Source: Octopus sinensis (taxonomy: Eukaryota). Taken from it: a DNA stretch of 64,000 bases. A program made the translations under genes and the position numbers. Within the stretch, counting starts at the first letter, position 1; each line of letters starts with the position of its first letter. The notes beneath the pieces are model-generated. The model was given only the letters and a program-made list of their open reading frames with translations. It made no database searches and was not told the origin of the DNA. The DNA lies in assembly GCF_006345805.1 (NCBI RefSeq), contig NC_043017.1, positions 32,860,001 to 32,924,000 on the forward strand, given 5' to 3'. Of this stretch, positions 47,790 through 61,244 are shown one piece after another.

Positions 47790-48185
47790 CAAGTACATTA
47801 ACATCAAAATATAAATCAAATGGAAATTGTAGTTGTGATACCCGAGCCAGTGGCACGTAAAAGGCACCATCCGAATGTGGTCGATGCCAGTGCTGCCTTG
47901 ACTGGCTTCCATGCCGGTGGCACATAAAAAGCACCAACCGATTGTGGCCATTGCCAGCCTCCTCTGGCACCTGTGCCGGTGGCATGTAAAAAGCAGCCAC
48001 TACACTCATGGAGTGGTTGGCGTCAGGAAGGGCATCCAGCTGTAGAAACACTACCAGATCAGACTGGAGCCTGGTGCAGCCTTCTGGCTTCACAGACGCA
48101 GGTCGAACCGTCCAACCCATGCTAGCATAGAAAACGGACGTTAAACGATGACGACGACGACGACGACGATGATGATGATGATGAT
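47790..48185 (+). mobile_element. Family B copy
   Basis: Modules, core, (GAC/GAT)n tail. Confidence 0.87.
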
Positions 48186-48426
48186 AATTTTATAAATCAG
48201 GGTTATTTTTTTTTTATCAGATTTTTGAACAATAGTACTGTTGGTTGTGGATTGACAGAAAGCTATATATTGGTTCACTGTATTTCAGGTAGTGAGAATG
48301 AAAAGGGATAGTTTGTGAATGTTGAGGCAGAACAAATACCACAAAGGCTATTTTTAATTGTACGCATGCTTTGGTTATTTTTTCCTGTTGTATTCTTGTC
48401 AATATTTTATATCTTTCATTTATATA

Positions 48427-48567
48427 TATTTCTTTATTGCCCACAAGGGGCTAAACATAGAGGGGACAAACAAGGACAGACAAAGGGATTAAGTCAATTA
48501 CATCGACCCCAGTGCGAAATTAGTACTTAATTTATCGACCCCGAAAGGATGAAAGGCAAAGTCGACC
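48427..48567 (-). mobile_element. 5'-truncated SINE C, 15-bp TSD
   Basis: TCTTTCATTTATATA at 48412 and 48568. Confidence 0.9.
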
Positions 48568-48639
48568 TCTTTCATTTATATACATTGAAAAAAGTATGTG
48601 TGTATGTTTGTTTGTGTGTGTGTTTGAGTGTGTGTGTTC

Positions 48640-49053
48640 CTTGAATCAGTCATTTGACTATAGCCATGCTGGAGCATTGCCTTGAAGAGTTTTACTTGAA
48701 TAAATCAACCCCAGGACAGATTTTTTATAAAGTTTTGCACTTATTCTATAGTTTTTTTTTTTTGCTGAACCACAAAGTTATAGGGATGTAAACACACCAG
48801 CACCGGTTTCAAGCAGTGATATGGTGGGGAACACAGACACAAAGACACACATACATAAATATATATACACATTCACATATATATATATATATATACAACA
48901 GGCTTCTTTCAGTTTCCATTTACCAAATCCACTCACAAGGCTTTGGTCGGCCCGAGGCTATAGTAGAAGACACTTCCCCAAGGTGCCACACAGTGGAACT
49001 GAACCCGGGACCATGTGATTGGTAAGAAAGCTACTTACCACATAGCCACTCCT
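48640..49053 (-). mobile_element. SINE A (older)
   Basis: Family sequence, diverged. Confidence 0.82.
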
Positions 49054-49524
49054 AAATCTATGTTATAGAAATATGTTTAAACTGGAAGGGTTGAAGCACA
49101 GAATTTTCTCATCAGAACAAAGAGTAGCAGAATGCAAATTCTGTTACGGAAATCCATAGAGTTAAGATCATATGAGTATCAATAAAATAAAGAAGGAAGG
49201 GGTGGGGAGCGGATTAGTAGCGATTGGGTGTTTTGCGAGAAAGAAGAAAGGCTATGAGATCAAGAGCAAGGTCCTGCTTTTAAAATTGAGGGCAAAAAGT
49301 AGGGAATGCATAAGTAAAAAGGAAGAAAGAAGAAATTTAAAAATGCAGGGTATTGAAGAAATGGACATTTAGTTGGTTTAGGATCAGGATTGTGAAGACA
49401 TCATAAATCTAAATTTAAGGAAATCAGAATAGAGGGGGTAGATCAAAGAGGATTTTATAGCATTCAAGCATGTAGATAAAACAAGTGAGGCAAGAAAATG
49501 TAAAGGATTAAAAATTAAGAACAT

Positions 49525-49938
49525 CAGCATCATCATCGTTTAACGTCCGCTTTCCATGCTAGCATGGGTTGGACGGTTTTGACTGAGGGCTGACAACCAG
49601 ATGGCTGCACCAGGCTTCAATCTTGATCTGGCAGCGTTTCTACAGCTGGATGCCCTTCCTAACACCAACCACTCCGTGAGTGTAGTGGGTGCTTTTTACG
49701 TGTCACTGGCACGGGGGCCAGGTGAGTCTGGCAATGGCCACGATCGGATGGTGCTTTTTACATGCCACCGGCACGGAGGCTCGTCGGGGCGGTGCTGGCA
49801 ACGGCCACGTTCGGATGGTTTGCTTACGTGCTACCGGCACTGGTATCACAGCTGCAATTTCCATTGATGTTGATTGATTTCGATTTCAATTCTGATTCTG
49901 ATTCAGATTTTCACTTGCCTCAACAGGTCTTCACAAGT
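49525..49938 (-). mobile_element. Family B copy
   Basis: Tail, core, modules, CACTTGCCTCAACAGGTCTTC. Confidence 0.87.
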
Positions 49939-50227
49939 AGAGTTTTGTAAGAACAATCAAATTAAAAAATAAGGAAAAGAAACGGTTATGTCGTAAATGT
50001 ATAAGAACAGGCTAAAAAAATATTAGCATTAGAAGAACACTTTAAACTATAAGAATAAAGGTATTTCATTGTTCTAACTAAGCTATGTTGATATGCGTAA
50101 GTAGATGAAGAATGGCACAGAAAAGCTAGGATGATCAAGAATGCTGAGACGAGTGGAACATATCGGTCCATGGTAAAGACTAAATGTTCTGAGAAACTGG
50201 ATGACTGCAGAATGTAATTGCATCACA

Positions 50228-50636
50228 CTCTCTTTTACTTGCTTTTGCTTGTTTCAGTCATTTGACTGTGGCCATGCTGGAGCACCGCCTTTGGTCAAGC
50301 AAATCGACCCTGGGACTTATTCTTTGTAAGCCTAGTACTTATTCTATCAGTCTCTTTTTGGCAAACCCCCTAAGTTAAGGGACGTAAACACACCAGCAGT
50401 AGTTATCAAGCGATGTTGGGGGGAAAAACACACATACAAACATATAGACACACATACATATACATATATATTCATATAAATGACAGGCTTCTTTCAGTTT
50501 CCGTTTACCAAATCCCCTCACAAGGCTTTGGTTGGCTCGGGGCTATAGTAGAAGACACTTGTCCAAGGAGCCATACAGTGGGAATGAACCCAGAACCATG
50601 TAGTAGGTAAGCAAGCGACTTACCACACAGCCACTC
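50228..50636 (-). mobile_element. SINE A
   Basis: Family sequence. Confidence 0.85.
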
Positions 50637-50944
50637 TACTGTTTATTAAGAAGAACCTTTTTCTCCTGTGATATTTCAAGACCTCCTCCGCTCTACAGAT
50701 TGCATGCAATCTCTGGTCAATAGGTTAAGTTCTTTCAGTTTATAAGAAAATACCATTTAATATCATAGGAAATGTTAGCCTAGTGATGATGAATAAAATT
50801 TGTCAATGGGAAGATTTGCATATAATATTAGAAATGAACTGTGATGAACCAAGGAGAGTCTTTTGAAACCAGTGCAAGATCCAATATACGTTTTTCCTCA
50901 AATTTTCATGTCCAGAATGTAAAGTGCATCTATATTTTTTAAAA

Positions 50945-51155
50945 AGGTGGCGAGCCGGGCGAAATGCGTAGCCGTATTTCGTCTGCCGTTACATTCTGTG
51001 TTCAAATTCCGCCAAGGTCGACTTTGCCTTTCATCCTTTCGGGGTCGATAAATTAAGTACCAGTTACGCACTGGGGTCGATATAATCGACCTAATCCGTT
51101 TGTCTGTCCTTGTTTGTCCCCTTTGTGTGTAGCCCCTTGTCGGTAGTAAAGAAAT
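50945..51155 (+). mobile_element. SINE C
   Basis: Family sequence, short deletion in head. Confidence 0.88.
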
Positions 51156-51729
51156 ATATATTTTTTTTAATATTATTTGAATGGCGGTGCCCCAGCATGG
51201 TCACAGCTCATGAGATGAAACTAGATAAAATATAAAATAAAATATATAAATATAGATAAGTTGCAGATCTGAGTGCTCCCAGTTGAAAGCTCTGCATATT
51301 AGACAGTAGCAAGCTTATGGAGTTTCAGGAGAGAATGCATGCTGTTTTGGGGTCTTCCCCTCAACAGCATTATTGTGCACCTGCCTTCCTCACTGTGATG
51401 AGACGTTCCTTGCAAGGAACATACATACGACAATCGTTAGGGCTCTAGAATTAAATCTATTCATATCATGTGTTAAGTCACTCATAGTGATAGTAATATT
51501 GCTGCTTGTATTCTTATTTTTCCCAGCTTATCAATACTACCTTCAAAACAACTAATAATAGCCTTAATAAATCTATGATATGTCTTGATGTGTCTTAATA
51601 AATCTATGATGTGTCTTGACTGATCTGTCTCTTACAGACTAAATAACACTCATCTATTACCTAATTTTTATGTCTCTTCATTCTTTTTATATATTTTTCT
51701 TTTACCTACACACTTACTCTTGATTATGC

Positions 51730-52120
51730 TAACATGGTGCCAAGAGCACCATTCGAGTGTAATCGCTGCCAGAGCAGCCAACTGGCTTCCGTGCCAGTGA
51801 CACGTAAATGGGCACCATTCGAGTGTGATCGTTACCAATGTCACCTTACTGGCACCTGTGCTGGTGGCATATGTAAAAAGATTCAAGTGAGGTCATTGCC
51901 AGTACCACCTGACTGGCCCCCATGCTGGTGGCACGTAAAAAGCACGCACTACACTCTCGGAGTTGTTGGCGTTAGGAAGGGCATCCAGCTGTAGAAACTC
52001 TGCCAGATCAAGATTGGGACCTGGTGCACCCATCTGGTTCGCCAGTCCTCAGTCAAATCGTCCAACCCATGCTAGCATGGAAAGCGGTCGTTAAACAATG
52101 ATGATAATGATGATGATGAT
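51730..52120 (+). mobile_element. Family B copy (CACCATTCGAGTGTGATCG modules)
   Basis: Modules, core, tail. Confidence 0.87.
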
Positions 52121-53414
52121 CGGGCTCATGATCCTTTACTTCCTCTCTATCCACCCCGCTATCACAATCTCTCTTTTTGTCCATTTTTCTATTGTTCTTT
52201 ATACATACTTAAGTATAGGTTTTACTACTACAGAATTGGCTTTCAGCCATTCGTCCTCGTTATGCAAAGTTCAGAGCTTCAAAACATCAATCTCAAACAT
52301 GTTAATGCATTAGGTTTATGTGTTGATAACAATTTCTACTTCTTTTGATGTGTATTATTGCAACAGTATGTACAACTGTTTGGATAATACACAACATTGC
52401 ATCAACCAGCCACAGAAGTTTTGAAACAGCTGTAAAGAATTATTAATAATTATGTTTTTCCCTGTCAAATATGTTTATGTAAAATATTTTATAAATAATT
52501 TAATACCACATATAAATGCTTCTCCATCTCTTGTATTTGTCTGTCTGTGTGTCTCACACTATACACACACACACACACATTTATATAGCATATATATGTG
52601 TATGTATATATATGTATATATATATATATATTATACTTTATATAATTAAGGGCTCAGTAAAATATATATATACACACATATGCATATATACATATATATA
52701 TATATACACACACATGTATATATACATATATATATATATACACACACATGCATATACACATTCACACACATGTATATGTATACACCAATGTGTCATAAAG
52801 TGTTACTGAACCCAGCACCTCATGACTGCAAATCAAACTTATGAACCACACAGTCAAACTTGTACTCACGTTCACTCTACCTATTCCATTCTAACAACCA
52901 ACACACACTAATAAATCAATTGCTTATATTTGCACATGATGTACTTAACAATAAATACATTGTCTTAAAAAAACATTTCTGGACAGAGATCAAGATGTTA
53001 TACTTGCACCACTGCTCCATCACCAATATCATAAAACCAATAAAGCATTGGATAAAAATAGACCTACATAGTCTTTGATGTCTTTGGCTGATAAATTATA
53101 CCATCTAGTGGTGATCACTTGTGATAATAAATATTATCTTACTGTCATTTAGCATTTTATTGAATAGTGTTTTGTTTTCTGTTCTCTCTTTTCAAAGGAC
53201 ATATTAACAATTTCAGAATTTATCAATCAAGGATTTTCTTGAAGAAAATTGTAAAAGTGTGAAGCCGTACCGAAACTAAAGAAATGACTTAAGAAGAATT
53301 GAAAAAGTTTTTCCAATAACAACAACCAATGTTCAGAAGAAATTCAAAGATAAATCTATCTGCGGTGACTTTGTGTCTCTATATCACTCCACACACAGAC
53401 ATACGTCCATCTAT

Positions 53415-53937
53415 TTGTGTGTGTGTGTGTGTGTGTGTGCATGTGTGTGTCTGTGTGCATGTACATATATCTGTGCATGTGTTATGTTTATGTAATATAT
53501 TATATATGTATGTTATATATATATAACATATATATATATATATAACATATATATATATAACATATATATATATATTATATATGTATATTACATATTATAT
53601 ACATATGTGTGTGTGTCTGTGTGCATGTAAATATATCTGTGCACGTGTTATGTTTATGTAATATATATATATGTATGTTATATATATATAACATATATAT
53701 ATATATATAACACATATATATAACATATTATATATATATATAACATATATATATATATAACATATATATATATATATTATATATGTATATTACATATTAT
53801 ATACATATGTGTGTGTGTGTCTGTGTGCATGTAAATATATCTGTGCACGTGTTATGTTTATGTAATATATTATATATGTATGTTATATATATATATATAT
53901 ATAACATATATACATATTATATATGTATATTATATAT

Positions 53938-53972
<35 letters not shown>

Positions 53973-53975
53973 AAG
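53415..53975. repeat. Compound (TG/TA) unit of about 170-200 bp, three tandem copies
   Basis: GTCTGTGTGCATGTA(C/A)ATATATCTGTGCA recurs three times. Confidence 0.85.
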
Positions 53976-54447
53976 GTTGAAGAATTTAGTGTCTAAATTG
54001 TGCAATGTCATAATTCATACATGAAGAATATTTGAAGACAGTCAAACTCTACTTTACCAATTAAATATAGTAATGCAGCAGGAACGGGCCTCTTCCAGCA
54101 GAGGAGAATTCTAGTAAATTCTGTCAAGATTTATATGAGACCTGTCTGAGTAGTTTTCTTCATCTTAAAAGAAATCACACTGTTGGATCTAGTTGAGGGA
54201 TAATTACATCTGACACCTAGTCAGTGCTAATCACAAGACGCAACGTTATTATTATTATTATTATTATTATTAACGTTATTTCACTGACTAAGCAAGTTGA
54301 CTTAAAATATGAACATATACTATAAAAGCCATCGAATGCTTGTATCTTGGGAGTTGGAATTACTAAATCATGAAGAACAGGATGACAATTCACCAAAATT
54401 ATGTTTGTCTGTGCTTGCTAATATACAGCAAATCCAGTTTTATGCAT

Positions 54448-54681
54448 CCTCTTTACTCTCTCTCTCTCTCTTTTACTCTTTTACTTGTTTCAGTCATTTG
54501 ACTGCGGCCATGCTGGAGCACCGCTTTTAGTCGAGCAACTCGACCCCGGGACTAATTCTTTTGTAAGCCCAGTACTTATTCTATCGGCCTCTTTTGCCGA
54601 ACCGCTAAGTGACGGGGACATGAACACACCAGCATCGGTTGTCAAGCATTGTTGGGGAGACAAACACAGACGCACAAACAT

Positions 54682-54742
<61 letters not shown>

Positions 54743-54903
54743 TACGACAGGCTTCTTTCGGTTTCCGTCTACCAAATCAACTCACAAGGCTTTGGTCGGC
54801 CCGAGGCTATAGTAGAAGACACTTGCCCAAGGTGCCATGCAGTGGGACTGAACCCGGAACCATGTGGTTGGTAAACAAGCTACTTACCACACAGCCACTC
54901 CTA
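54448..54903 (-). mobile_element. SINE A
   Basis: Family sequence. Confidence 0.9.
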
Positions 54904-55376
54904 CGACTTTAAAGAACTAATACATCCTTGTCAGAATTTTTTTTAAATTCATTGTTTACAGAATATTTACAAGTTTATTTCACTCTGTTAGTTTAATCTA
55001 AGAATAATGTAATTGTAACATTAATCTTTCACCCAATTTAACAAAATCAGCAGACTTGTGGGTGCCTTGTGCTGAGTTCACTCAACTGTAACAATTCAAG
55101 CTAGACGTCCAGTCTGACAATTGGGGGATAAAATGTTTCCCCCCTATCAGTCCTGGAGACCTGGAATGAGTTCAGGCTTGCTGGCTTTCTTCTCTACCAG
55201 AGCACACAGACACACAGACAAACACACGCACACAGACACACACACACACGCACACACACGCAAGCACGCACAAACACACACACACATTCACACACACGCA
55301 CACACACACACAGACACACACACACACACACACACACTCATATATATATGTGAAGGCAATATATATATATATATAT

Positions 55377-56180
55377 ACTCTTTTGCTCTTTTACTTGTTT
55401 CAGTCATTTGACTGCAGCCATGCTGGAGCACCGCCTTTAGTCAAGCAAATCGACCCCAGGACTTATTCTTTGTAAGCCTAGTACTTATTCTATCGGTCTC
55501 TTTTGCCAAACCGCTAAGTTACGTGGACATAAACACACCAGCATCGGTTGTCAAGCGATGTTCGTGGGGGACAAACACAGACGCACAAACATACACACAC
55601 ACACACACATGCATATATATACATATATACAACAGGCTTCTTTCAGTTTCCATCTACCAAATCCACTCACAAGGCTTTGGTTGGCCCGGGGCTATAGTAG
55701 AAGACACTTACCCAAGGTGTCACACAGTGGGACTGAACCCGGAACCAGGTGGTTCATAAGCAAGCTGCTTACCACAAAGCCACTCCTGTGCCTATATGTA
55801 TCTTTATCTTTTATCTTGTGTCAATCATTAGATTATGGCCATGCTGGGGCACCACCTCAAAGAATTTTAGTCAAATGATTCAACCCCCAAGTGCATACAT
55901 TGTTTTTAAGCCTGGTACTTCTTTTATCAGTCTCTTTTGTGAAACTGCTAAGTTATGGGAATGTAAACACAAGTAAAAGCAGTGGTGGGGGACAAACACA
56001 GACACAAAGACACTCACACAAACAACAGGCTTCCTTCAGTTTCCATCTACCAAATCCACTCACAAGGATTTGGTTGGCCCAAGACTATAGTAGAAGATAC
56101 TTGTCCAAGGTGCCAAACAGTGGGACTGAACCCAGAACCATGTGGTTAAGAATCAAACTTCTTACTACAGAGCCATGCCT
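55377..56180 (-). mobile_element. SINE A followed by older A-like copy
   Basis: 55377-55792 and 55800-56180. Confidence 0.85.
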
Positions 56181-56285
56181 GCACCTGGTGGTGCTCCAGC
56201 CTAGCCACAGCCTTAGAGCTGAAATATATAAAACAATAAAAGAACACACGTATACACACGCACACACACACACACACACACACAT

Positions 56286-56320
<35 letters not shown>

Positions 56321-56471
56321 GAGAGAGAGATAATTTTTACTTTTTCCAGGAGTCATTGGATTGTGGCCATGCTGGGGCATCACCTTGTAAGATTTATTTG
56401 TAAGGATTCAATCCAGAACTTATTTCCTCAGCCTGGTACTTATTCTATCACTTTTCTTAAGTTATAGGAAA

Positions 56472-56530
56472 AATAATAACGTATAGAATTTGTAGAATAA
56501 CATTATATGCAAATTCTATACGTTATTATT
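56472..56530. repeat. Perfect 21-bp inverted repeat, 17-nt loop
   Basis: AATAATAACGTATAGAATTTG / CAAATTCTATACGTTATTATT. Confidence 0.92.
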
Positions 56531-56774
56531 ATTATTTTTTTGCAATTTACTTAATCATTGACTTTTTATTGTTATTTTAATTTTAATATTTCTATTATAT
56601 GTAATTTTCTAGATGGTGTAATTTAATTGTTCATTTTGAATTCATAAAAGGTGTTTTTTTTCTAATTTTTATATATATATTATATTGTGTGAAATTTGAT
56701 TTAGTATTTCTAAATTGAATTTTTTTTCCTCGTAAGTTTTGGATTATATTCCCTGAAATAATAATTATTATTAC

Positions 56775-56811
<37 letters not shown>

Positions 56812-56989
56812 CATGTATGTATGTGTGTGTGTACGCATAGGCATGAAGATTGTGCTGAGAGTAATGAAAAAACAAGGAATAATGTTTCTATTAATTTACA
56901 TAGATCATTCCGATTGCACACGTTGGCAGAGTAGCTCAGATCTTCCTCTGTAGTGAATTACCTTTCTGTCCATCATTTAAGGCAAATAA

Positions 56990-57260
56990 CGGATTCAAGG
57001 AGAAGCGATGAGTTATCGTTTCAGCTCTTGCTGAAGGAGGAATGTAAGCAGTCTAATATTTGCAGAACGTTGTTGGTTGTTTACAAAGGTGACACCGTTA
57101 ACAAAGCAACGCACACAGATGGACAAAGAAGAGGAAACCAGCATCGGAAACAAACAGCACCTGGGAGACCGTCAACTGTGACTGTTGAAACAAGTCACCA
57201 ATCAGCGAACAAATTGATTTGTGCTGACAGCCGCAATCCATGAGCTTGCTGTACAACCGG
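56990..57260 (+). pseudogene. Mariner transposase N-terminal relic (different subfamily)
   Basis: LLLKEECKQSNICRTLLVVYKGDTVNKAT..PGRPSTVT..NKLICADSR, like FL.KEG..P..I..RL..VYG..GRPST..LI.ADRR. Confidence 0.72.
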
Positions 57261-57479
57261 TGTATAATGTAGGTAAAAATTCTAACACTCAGAAGTGTTT
57301 AGAGATCGAGAATTTAATCTATTTTATACACTACATACTTAAATCCATTAATGATTATAATCATGAAATCTGATCTTTGCAATGAAAGCAGCTTTATAGT
57401 ATAGAGCTTTTATAGAGCTGTATGCTATAGAATTGCTTCTGTGGCATAATTTGAATTTATTTTGCTGATGTGGTGCTAT

Positions 57480-57758
57480 TACAAACCATGCCTGACTGGT
57501 CCTGTGCCAGTAGCACGTATAAAGCATCGTTCAAGCGTGGTCAATGCCAGTACCACCTGACTGGCTCCCATGCCGGTGTCACATAAAAAGCATCGTTCAA
57601 GCGTGGTGAGTGGTTGGCATTAGGAAGGGTATCCAGCTGTAAAACCCCTGCCAAATCAGACTGGAGCCTGGTGCAGCTTTCTGGCTTGCCAGTCCTCGGT
57701 CAAACCGTCCAACCCATGCCAGCATGGAAGGCAGACATTAAACGATGATGATGATGAT
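57480..57758 (+). mobile_element. Family B copy
   Basis: Modules, core, tail. Confidence 0.82.
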
Positions 57759-58134
57759 AAACTGCAACCATGGTGAAATACTGTAAACATCATACCAATA
57801 ATCAGTTTCATGAAACAACAAACATAAAAGGAATCTTCTATTATACATCATGCTCAATAATACTATGATATTAAGTCAGAGTAACTGAAGACAAAATAAT
57901 TGGAAGAAGCTTGAACTACAGCATCTAATTAGGCCCTGCCTAAATCATCCATCTTTCCTCTTCCTCACAACAGAGAAATATCTAAAAAGGATTGTCAGAC
58001 TGCCTCAAGGACCCAATAGACAAAATGAGAAAGTTGTTTCCCAGAGGTTGGCAAGGGAGATATGCTGCAACAGCCACTCTGACACACAGGGCTCCCAATT
58101 TCACATTTCACCCTGCTCTGAAGTACATTGTGCT

Positions 58135-58388
58135 TTTTAAAAAGCACCATCTGATCGTGGCCATTTGCCAGCCTCATCTGGCACCTGTGCCGGTGGCACG
58201 TAATAAGCACCCACTACACTCTCGGAGTGGTTGGCATTAGGAAGAGCATCCAGCCGTAGAAAGATTGCCAAATCAGACTGGACCTGGTGCAGCTTTCTGG
58301 CTTCCCAGACCCCAGTTGAACCATCCAACCCATGCTAGCATGGAAAGCGGACGCTAAGCGATGATAATGATGATGATGATGATGATGA
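58135..58388 (+). mobile_element. Family B copy
   Basis: One module, core, tail. Confidence 0.85.
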
Positions 58389-58597
58389 CATCTTCAACAA
58401 GATTTTTCCAACATGAAAAACTGTAGCTTCTGGTATTTAAATAACACACATAGGTTTTAGAAATTGACAATGATTTTAATCATTAAATAGTTATTCTCTT
58501 TTTTAACAGTTTGTACAGACAAGCTGGTTCTTTTCAACAAGGATCATGTCAAGTTTGTGAAGGTGGAGTAAATTAGTTGACAGAAATAAACATAATA

Positions 58598-59000
58598 GGC
58601 GCAGGAGTGGCTGTGTGGTAAGTAGCTTGCTTACGAACCACATGGTTCCGGTTCAGTCCCACAGCGTGGCACCTTGGACAAGTGTCTTCTTCTATAGCCT
58701 TGGGCCGACCAAAGCCTTGTGAGTGGATTTGGTAGATGGAAACTGAAAGAATCCTGTCGTATGTATGTATATGTATATACATGTGTGTGTGTGTGTGTTT
58801 GTCCCCCTAGCATTGCTTGACAACCAATGCTGGTGTGTTTACATCGCTGTAACTTAGCGGTTCTGCAAAAGAGACCGATAGAATAAGTACTAGGCTTACA
58901 AAGAATAAGTCCTGGGGTCGATTTGCTCGACTAAAGGCGGTGCTCCAGCATGGCCTCAGTCAAATGACTGAAACAAGTAAAAGAGTAAAAGAGTAAAGAG
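58598..59000 (+). mobile_element. SINE A
   Basis: Family sequence. Confidence 0.9.
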
Positions 59001-59404
59001 TATAATACATTTACTCATCAATTTTATCCACTGCAAATGAACAATGATGGTCTAAAACATCTATGACCATCGGAATTTAAAAGGCAAAACTATGGGAGTT
59101 CAGGCATTCTTTAGTGTTACAGGTAAATGGTGAATTCCAGCAGTATCGTCATCATCATCATTTGACGTCCATTTTCCATGCTGGCATGGGTTAGATGGCT
59201 TGACTGGAATTGGTAAGCCAGAGAGCTGCATCAGGCTGCAGTTGCCTGTTTATGACTGGTATGTTTCCATTTTTAGTTGTTATTGTTGTTGTTGTAGGTT
59301 AGGCTCTAGTTGGCCCCAGTATAACCAAACTTATGATCAAAGGCCTTCCAACCATGACTACCACTTCTGGCTTTTTAGGAATAGTATATATCTAATAGTA
59401 TATA

Positions 59405-59812
59405 GGCGCAGGAGTGGTTGTGTGGTAAGTAGCTTGCTAACCAACCACATGGTTCTGGGTTCAGTCCCACTGCGTGGCATCTTGGGCAAGTGTCTTCTGC
59501 TATAGCCCCAGGCCGACCAATGCCTTGTGAGTGGATTTGGTAGACGGAAACTGAAAGAAGCCTGTCGTATATATGTATATATATTTATGTATATATATTT
59601 ATGTGTGTTTGTCCCCCTAGCATTACTTGACAACCGATGCTGGTGTGTTTATGTCCCCGTTACTTAGCGGTTCGGCAAAAGAGACCAATAGAATAAGTAC
59701 TGGGCTTACAAAGAATAAATCCCGGGGTCGATTTGCTCGATTAAAGGCGGTGCTCCAGCATGGCCGCAGTCAAATGACTGAAACAAGTAAAAGAGTAAAA
59801 GAGTAAAGAGAG
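59405..59812 (+). mobile_element. SINE A
   Basis: Family sequence. Confidence 0.9.
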
Positions 59813-59899
59813 TACCTGCATAATATTCAATGTGTTCTTCGATTTTAGCATGGTAGCATAAACACCTAAAGGTTACCTCTCTTTCTCTCTTTCTCTTCT

Positions 59900-60446
59900 A
59901 GTTGCTGCCATGTGTTGTCATGCAGCCAAAATATTTACATATTGTTACTGGAATTTTACCAGCAACATGGAAGAGGTATCCACCATTCCCAGGACCATCA
60001 CCACAGATGATGACCAAATAATTGTCTTCAACAACCATGCAATGACCGGTCCAGCACCATATGTTACCAGGAATGTGACGTTTTCTTAACTGCCAATCAT
60101 CCTTCAGAGTCTTAGAAAGATGGTTTGTCACATCCATGGCCCACTATATTTGGCACCTCAAAGACCAAGGGACCCCCATGTGATATCAGGTGGAAATTAA
60201 TTGACCATCTTTACTCTTTACTCTTTTACTCTGTTTCTTGTTTCAGTCATTTGACTGCGGCCATGCTGGAGCACCGCCTTTAATCGAGCAACTCGACCCC
60301 AGGACTTATTCTTTTTGTAAGCCCAGTACTTATTCTATCGGTCTCTTTTTGCCGAATCGCAAGGTAGCGGGGGACATAAACACACCAGCATCAGTTGTCA
60401 AGCAATGCTAGGGGGACAAACACAGACACACAAACACACACACGCG

Positions 60447-60478
<32 letters not shown>

Positions 60479-60790
60479 TATGACGGGCTTCTTTCAGTTT
60501 CCGTCTACCAAATCCACTCACAAGGCATTGGTCGGCCTGAGGCTATAGCAGAAGACTCTTGCCCAAGGTGCCACGCAGTGGGACTGAACCCAGAACCATG
60601 TGTTTGGTAAAGAAGCTACTTACCACATAGCCACTCCTGGGTCCATACATTAATGAAAGTGGCCTTTGCAAAATCTGCATCAAAGAGAGAGCCAAAATTC
60701 TTAAGGACTATATGAAACCTAGCACATTAGATAGTCATAAAGAAGCGTTTTCTAAATGTGCCACATCAAGCACTACTAACTGGAAAACAG
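59900..60790 (+). pseudogene. Penelope-like element GIY-YIG endonuclease relic, split by SINE A
   Basis: RFLNCQSSFR..TSMAHYIWHLKDQG / DIRWKLID [SINE 60210-60638] GPYINESGLCKICIKERAKIL..LDSHKEAFSKC. Confidence 0.8.
60210..60638 (-). mobile_element. SINE A
   Basis: Family sequence. Confidence 0.9.
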
Positions 60791-60963
60791 GATCTCCCTA
60801 TTTGCTGGTTAGGCCTTTTCCGGTCCATACGGGTTGTTTTTTTTCCTCTGGTTCAGGGCAGATAACCCGCCCTCATTAATGTTTTTTTTGTTAAGATATA
60901 TTTCTTGATTTCTGACCATTTTCTCACATCCATGACATAGAAATTTTGAATTTTTGTCTCTAT

Positions 60964-61028
60964 ATAGAGACTGACGAGCTATCTACCAAGCTTTGGCTTT
61001 GTGGATGCAAAACCTTGGGTAACTCTAT
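60964..61028 (+). ncRNA. Type I hammerhead-like motif downstream of the Penelope relic
   Basis: ATAGAGA-CTGACGA-long stem II (GCTATCTACCAAGC-TTTG-GCTTTGTGGATGC)-[G>A]AA-ACC-TTG-GGT-A-ACTCTAT. Confidence 0.68.
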
Positions 61029-61033
61029 GTCCA

Positions 61034-61228
61034 AGATATAGAATTTTGTAAGCACCTACTACACTCTCGGAGTGGTTGGTGTTAGGAAGGGCATCCAGCC
61101 GTAGAAACACTGCCAGATTTGACTGGGCCTGATGAAGCCTTCTGGCTTCACAGACCCCAGTAGAACCGTCCAACCCATGCTAGCATGGAAAACGGACGCT
61201 AAACGATGATGATGATGATGATGATGAT
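61034..61228 (+). mobile_element. Family B 3' fragment
   Basis: Core and tail. Confidence 0.85.
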
Positions 61229-61244
61229 ATATATATATATTAAT

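Noticed and set aside
49150-49520. Purine-rich stretch as a CR1 relic
   Set aside because: No diagnostic motif recovered on translation.
57885-57915. CTGAAGA-CAA/TTG-GAAG-AAGCTT candidate (similar weak hits at 8752, 40516, 61131)
   Set aside because: Wrong spacing or missing GAAA/UH; expected by chance.
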